In this document: piece by piece, positions 58,131 to 64,000 of the stretch | Layout: each line of letters starts with the position of its first letter | How positions within the stretch are numbered: the stretch's first letter is position 1 | Sequence record: OR844650.1 | DNA: 64,000 bases | Direction: 5' to 3' (one strand) | Notes under the pieces: generated by a model | Seen by the model: the letters and a program-made list of their open reading frames with translations, nothing else | Told to the model about the DNA's origin: nothing | Database searches by the model: none | Position numbers and translations under genes: made by a program

Positions 58131-58526
58131 TTAGTCTCCAACAAAACCTTGACGTGCAGCATAAGATGGTGCACCAGGCTCATTATAGTGTTGTACGCCT
58201 TCTTTGTCAATTGTTGGTCCCATACCTTCAGTTCCAAAACAACCTGCAATGGCTTCCAACACTTCTTCATCAGCAACTTCAGTACTTTCATCATTATATC
58301 GAATGTCAGACAAAATGTCACAGGCTTTTTGTAGTTTATCTACAATTTCTTTTTGGTCTTCACCAGATTTAATCTTATCAACAATATCAATAAGACATTT
58401 GGTAATATCCTTAAGAACATCAACTGCTACAACATCGGATTCAACTTCAACTGAAAAACTTTCGTCTTCATCTCTTCCGGTAATTTCGTCTAACGCTTCA
58501 ACTAGTTCACGATAATTATATTGCAT
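58131..58526 (-). CDS. Acidic hypothetical protein (possible prohead core/scaffold)
   Basis: 131 aa, Asp/Glu-rich, RBS GGAG. Confidence 0.6.
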   Translation of the reverse strand: MQYNYRELVEALDEITGRDEDESFSVEVESDVVAVDVLKDITKCLIDIVDKIKSGEDQKEIVDKLQKACDILSDIRYNDESTEVADEEVLEAIAGCFGTEGMGPTIDKEGVQHYNEPGAPSYAARQGFVGD

Positions 58527-58527
58527 A

Positions 58528-59505
58528 TTATTTGTCTCCTAAAAATTTCTTGTATTTTTCTTGGAGACTTTCAAAAATATCTTCTACTTCTTCATCAGAA
58601 TCATCTTCCAAGTCAATGTTACCTTCAGGTGAATCATCTTCTTCACTTTCATTAACATTTAGTGGGTTATCTCCTAATGCAGTGCCTGGGAATTTTGGTT
58701 CAAATTTATGAACACGATTTTCGTTCCCTTCATTATCATAATACTCAGGTTCTGGACGATTGTCAAGATCTTCATCTACAACACGTCTCCAATAAAATTG
58801 ATTGCCTTTTGCAATTACAACAAAATGGTCACCTTCAACACCATTAGTCTTTAGTTGCCCATCACGAACGGCATCAGCTTCGGTTTCATATGGACCATAA
58901 TCAGTACTGTTAGATGGTTCTTCATCTTCAGAGATACTTAGATCTGGTAGAAATTGGGTATCTTTCATTTCTTTATCGGTAGCAGGATTACCCTCTACTG
59001 AAAAATCTTCGTCTTCTTCTTCGTTAATACCAGCAAGAGATAGCATACGACTAAAATCGAATTCTTCTTCAATAATTTCTTCTTCCTCATCGTCTTCTTC
59101 AACTGATTCTAGTTGAGGTTGACCACTAAGGTCAAGAGAAAAATCTTCTTCACCTTCTACACCTGGTTCTGAAAATTCAGCATCCATACTAACTTCATCT
59201 GTGTCAGCACCAAAATCACCAACATCAGCGGAAAGATCATCAACTGCCGCTGCTAGTGGGTCTTCAACTGAAGTTTCAATTCCACCAATTTCTTCTTCAG
59301 CACCAATAGAATCGAGATCTAGTGGAGCAATAGGTGGAAGAGATGGAGTCATAGACCCCATAGATGGTACTGGAGCAGCAACTACTGGGTCTTGACGTTC
59401 AGCTTGACCAGCAAGAGCTAACATACGTGATAGAGTTTCCAAATCATCAGATTCTAAACCTGCGATATCGATTTTAACTTGTGCTTCATTAATTTTTTTA
59501 GCCAT
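58528..59505 (-). CDS. Highly acidic protein, putative prohead scaffold / internal head protein
   Basis: Very Asp/Glu-rich with many L/I-x-E sites; C-terminal amphipathic helix IFESLQEKYKKFLG. Confidence 0.55.
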   Translation of the reverse strand: MAKKINEAQVKIDIAGLESDDLETLSRMLALAGQAERQDPVVAAPVPSMGSMTPSLPPIAPLDLDSIGAEEEIGGIETSVEDPLAAAVDDLSADVGDFGADTDEVSMDAEFSEPGVEGEEDFSLDLSGQPQLESVEEDDEEEEIIEEEFDFSRMLSLAGINEEEDEDFSVEGNPATDKEMKDTQFLPDLSISEDEEPSNSTDYGPYETEADAVRDGQLKTNGVEGDHFVVIAKGNQFYWRRVVDEDLDNRPEPEYYDNEGNENRVHKFEPKFPGTALGDNPLNVNESEEDDSPEGNIDLEDDSDEEVEDIFESLQEKYKKFLGDK

Positions 59506-59527
59506 TTTAAATAAATCCTTTTAGTTA

Positions 59528-61045
59528 TCAATCATTATTATTTAATGATTTTAAAATTTGCACTGTTTCATCCTTTTTACCTGAAAGTAAAATGTCAGCA
59601 GCAAGTAGAGAAACCTCATCACCACGAGTTAGTAGTACTGTGATTTTTTTAGCATAAGGTGACTCTTTAATTTTAGAAGCTAATGATTGTACATCATCAC
59701 CAGCAATTGTTTCAGATTTAGTTTCTGGTTCAGAAACTTCGTCTGGTTTTTGTTCAGATTCTGGTTCTTTCTTAGGTTCTTCTTTTGATTGAATTTGCTC
59801 AGTACCAGAGTCTACTTCAGGTGTTTCATCACTTTTAACTTCTTTATCTTGTTCATATTTGGCAAGTAATTTAGCAGCAGTTGCTTTTGGTATAAACTTA
59901 CCATCAGCACTAATGAATCTGTCACCACCAACATACGAATATTCTTTGCCTTGTTTGGATTTAACTTTTGTACCGATTTTCATAGCACCGGAATTGTTAT
60001 GACGGAAAATATCACGCTGTGCTGCTCGTTCAACACTTTTAGAAGCACTTGTGTTAAGTTGCTTTTTACTTTCGATATCATACCACAAGTTATTTTTCTT
60101 AGCGTATGTTTTTCCTTTAGAAGAAGTCATTCTATAACCGTCAGGAACAGTAATGCTTTCAAATTCTTCAATTTCTTCATCTGCTTCATTAATTGATTCT
60201 TTAGTTGCAAATACTGGCTGTTTAGCAGGTTGTGAAGCTTGTTGTGGCTTTTCACCTGAACCAAAACGTTGCTCACTATGTTCTTGTTCACCCGTTAATG
60301 TTGGAAAATCACTTGGGTTATTCTTAACAAATTGCTGATATGCATTAATAATTGCATGTGCATTTTGTTCTGGAATTACTACATTACCATCATTATCACA
60401 AAATTCTTTACCATTCCACTCACAACGTGTATTGCCTTGTACTAAGGTTGATTTGATTGGAATTAGTTTATTTTTAGAAGCTAACTGACGAGCAATACGC
60501 ATACCTTCATCTGATAGTTTACGGGTCATTGCTGGATCAACTGCTCGGCCTGATTTCATATCAACAAAACGGTGATTCTTTGGAACAAATTTAAAACCAC
60601 TTACTTCCATACCTGCTGGAATTGATATATCATCAGCATATGGTGGAAGAATGTAAAATTTTAATGCATTCCATTCTTTTTGTAGTGTTTCTTTAGAAAC
60701 ATTATATACTCGATGATCATCTGCCATTAATTCAGTGATGAATTCACTTTCAGTTAATAGAATTCCATCTTTTGAATTGAAACGGTTTTCACCAATAAAT
60801 GTACACTCTTTACCTTCAACAATATATTTGTTACCAATCTTATATTCATTTGAAGCTAGATTGTGCTCGACAATCTGTTGTCGAGCACTTGCGTACATGG
60901 ATGGGTATTTTCTAGGGTCTACCATTAACATATTATTGTCATTGAACCAGAATCCTTCAAGAAATACATATTTTGCACCAGTATGTGACGTATATACATA
61001 TCCATTAGGAACTGTGGTAGTTTCAGTACTGAAAAAATTATCCAT
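59528..61045 (-). CDS. Repeat-containing protein, putative internal head protein
   Basis: Three ~80-aa related repeats and LTE/INE sites. Confidence 0.55.
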   Translation of the reverse strand: MDNFFSTETTTVPNGYVYTSHTGAKYVFLEGFWFNDNNMLMVDPRKYPSMYASARQQIVEHNLASNEYKIGNKYIVEGKECTFIGENRFNSKDGILLTESEFITELMADDHRVYNVSKETLQKEWNALKFYILPPYADDISIPAGMEVSGFKFVPKNHRFVDMKSGRAVDPAMTRKLSDEGMRIARQLASKNKLIPIKSTLVQGNTRCEWNGKEFCDNDGNVVIPEQNAHAIINAYQQFVKNNPSDFPTLTGEQEHSEQRFGSGEKPQQASQPAKQPVFATKESINEADEEIEEFESITVPDGYRMTSSKGKTYAKKNNLWYDIESKKQLNTSASKSVERAAQRDIFRHNNSGAMKIGTKVKSKQGKEYSYVGGDRFISADGKFIPKATAAKLLAKYEQDKEVKSDETPEVDSGTEQIQSKEEPKKEPESEQKPDEVSEPETKSETIAGDDVQSLASKIKESPYAKKITVLLTRGDEVSLLAADILLSGKKDETVQILKSLNNND

Positions 61046-61058
61046 GTGTTGATTCTCC

Positions 61059-61601
61059 TTAAGAAAGCATACGTAACAGTTGGTCGCGTTGCTCTGGACT
61101 TAATTTTTGTAGAGCATCAGGGATACTGGAACCTTGTGCTTTTGGTTGTTCTTGTTGTGCTGGTTGCTCAGTTGAGGTCGATTGTGATGGTTGTAATTCT
61201 GAACTTTCTTCGCCACCTTGTTGGTCACGGTAGTCATTCATTATATCACGAGCAGCATTTAATAGAGCAGTACCTACATCTTTTGGTGTAAAAGAACGAC
61301 GAGGATTGTTCCCTAAATGTTTAATATCAAGATTGTTACCTTTAAAAAACTGTGCCACATCAGCGTAAGGTACTGATGGTTGAGCTTTACCATATTTACG
61401 TCCAACATAACGTTTAAACTCTGCCCATAAGCGGTTGGCTTCAGCACCAACTTCTTGTGCACCTTGTTCAATCTGTCCACTACCAAAAAAGCCTTTTACT
61501 TTTCCTTTTGCACTATCAACTGCACTTTGTGAACGACTATAAGGACGAGCTTCATTTAACTCATTGTCTTCATAATCTAACATTTCATTAAGTATACTCA
61601 T
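61059..61601 (-). CDS. Putative internal head protein
   Basis: MSILNEMLDYEDNELNEA N-terminus with LNE sites. Confidence 0.5.
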   Translation of the reverse strand: MSILNEMLDYEDNELNEARPYSRSQSAVDSAKGKVKGFFGSGQIEQGAQEVGAEANRLWAEFKRYVGRKYGKAQPSVPYADVAQFFKGNNLDIKHLGNNPRRSFTPKDVGTALLNAARDIMNDYRDQQGGEESSELQPSQSTSTEQPAQQEQPKAQGSSIPDALQKLSPEQRDQLLRMLS

Positions 61602-61604
61602 GTG

Positions 61605-62141
61605 TTAATCCTTTTTACCAAAACCAGCACTCATATATTGAGAGTATTTATTGTCTTTTTTCGATGCTTCAATTGCATCATCAACGGCAGTGTTTGCACG
61701 TTGTTGTCCAGCTAAGTCATAACTGTCTTCTGGTTTACCAAAATCCACTCCAATAACTGGTTCATCAACATCATCAAAATCGATATCATCTTCCAAATCA
61801 GTCATTTCAATTTGACGAGGTTCATCTTTACTACGAACACGAATCAATGCTTCTGTCATGCTTAGTAAATTGCCAATTTCATACATTAGTACATTTGATT
61901 GAACGCCACGATGACATTTAAAGTCAAACATCCAAATTTCACCACAATCTAATTCATAGAAATCTAATGGTTTTTCCATAAAAATTGTTTTCTTTAGTGC
62001 TCCAATTTCAAACGCATCATAGCGATCCATTAGTCGCTGTGTTACTTTACTAAGTTGTTCAGGTGTTGGTTCAACTGCAAACTTAACTCGGTATTCATAA
62101 ACTGGTTTCTTTTCAGTTAGGATTTGTTGTAATCTATTCAT
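61605..62141 (-). CDS. Hypothetical (probably virion) protein
   Basis: 178 aa, RBS GGAG, late-like AATAAATA at 62170-62177 on the minus strand. Confidence 0.6.
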   Translation of the reverse strand: MNRLQQILTEKKPVYEYRVKFAVEPTPEQLSKVTQRLMDRYDAFEIGALKKTIFMEKPLDFYELDCGEIWMFDFKCHRGVQSNVLMYEIGNLLSMTEALIRVRSKDEPRQIEMTDLEDDIDFDDVDEPVIGVDFGKPEDSYDLAGQQRANTAVDDAIEASKKDNKYSQYMSAGFGKKD

Positions 62142-62168
62142 TTTAATAACTCCATAAGGTCGTTTAAG

Positions 62169-64000
<1,832 letters not shown>

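Overview
This is a 64-kb segment (AT-rich, roughly one-third GC by eye) of a T4-related jumbo myophage. Gene content and order are reminiscent of the RaK2/GAP32/PBECO4/BF-like group of enterobacterial jumbo phages; this assignment is inference, no search was run. From left to right it holds: the 5' part of the portal gene; a tape-measure-like gene; gp26/gp51-like hub chaperones; an ~840-bp non-coding gap; a free-standing homing endonuclease; endonuclease VII; gp46/gp47 and the gp55 late sigma factor; and a baseplate operon (tube initiator, gp53-, gp27-, gp5-, lysozyme, gp25-, gp6-like and a 3.3-kaa wedge protein). These are followed by a ClpA ATPase, neck and tail-terminator genes, a Nudix hydrolase and a fibre/spike cluster containing a WcaM-like colanic-acid depolymerase and an 1841-aa fibre. 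The right end carries thymidylate synthase, a SLOG protein, a MoxR AAA+/VWA-metallopeptidase pair, acidic putative internal-head proteins, small terminase, gp4 and a partial tail-tube-family gene. The strongest unexplained signal is an ~450-nt, highly base-paired, non-coding unit on the minus strand (about 4378-4832) with its own promoter and terminator, followed by an origin-like repeat/AT-rich tract. Other notable signals are a non-canonical GTGGGA-N-TGnTATAAT promoter class, a strong excess of the palindrome AGTACT, and a candidate -1 programmed frameshift joining the two hub-chaperone genes. No tRNA, rRNA or CRISPR array was recognised.
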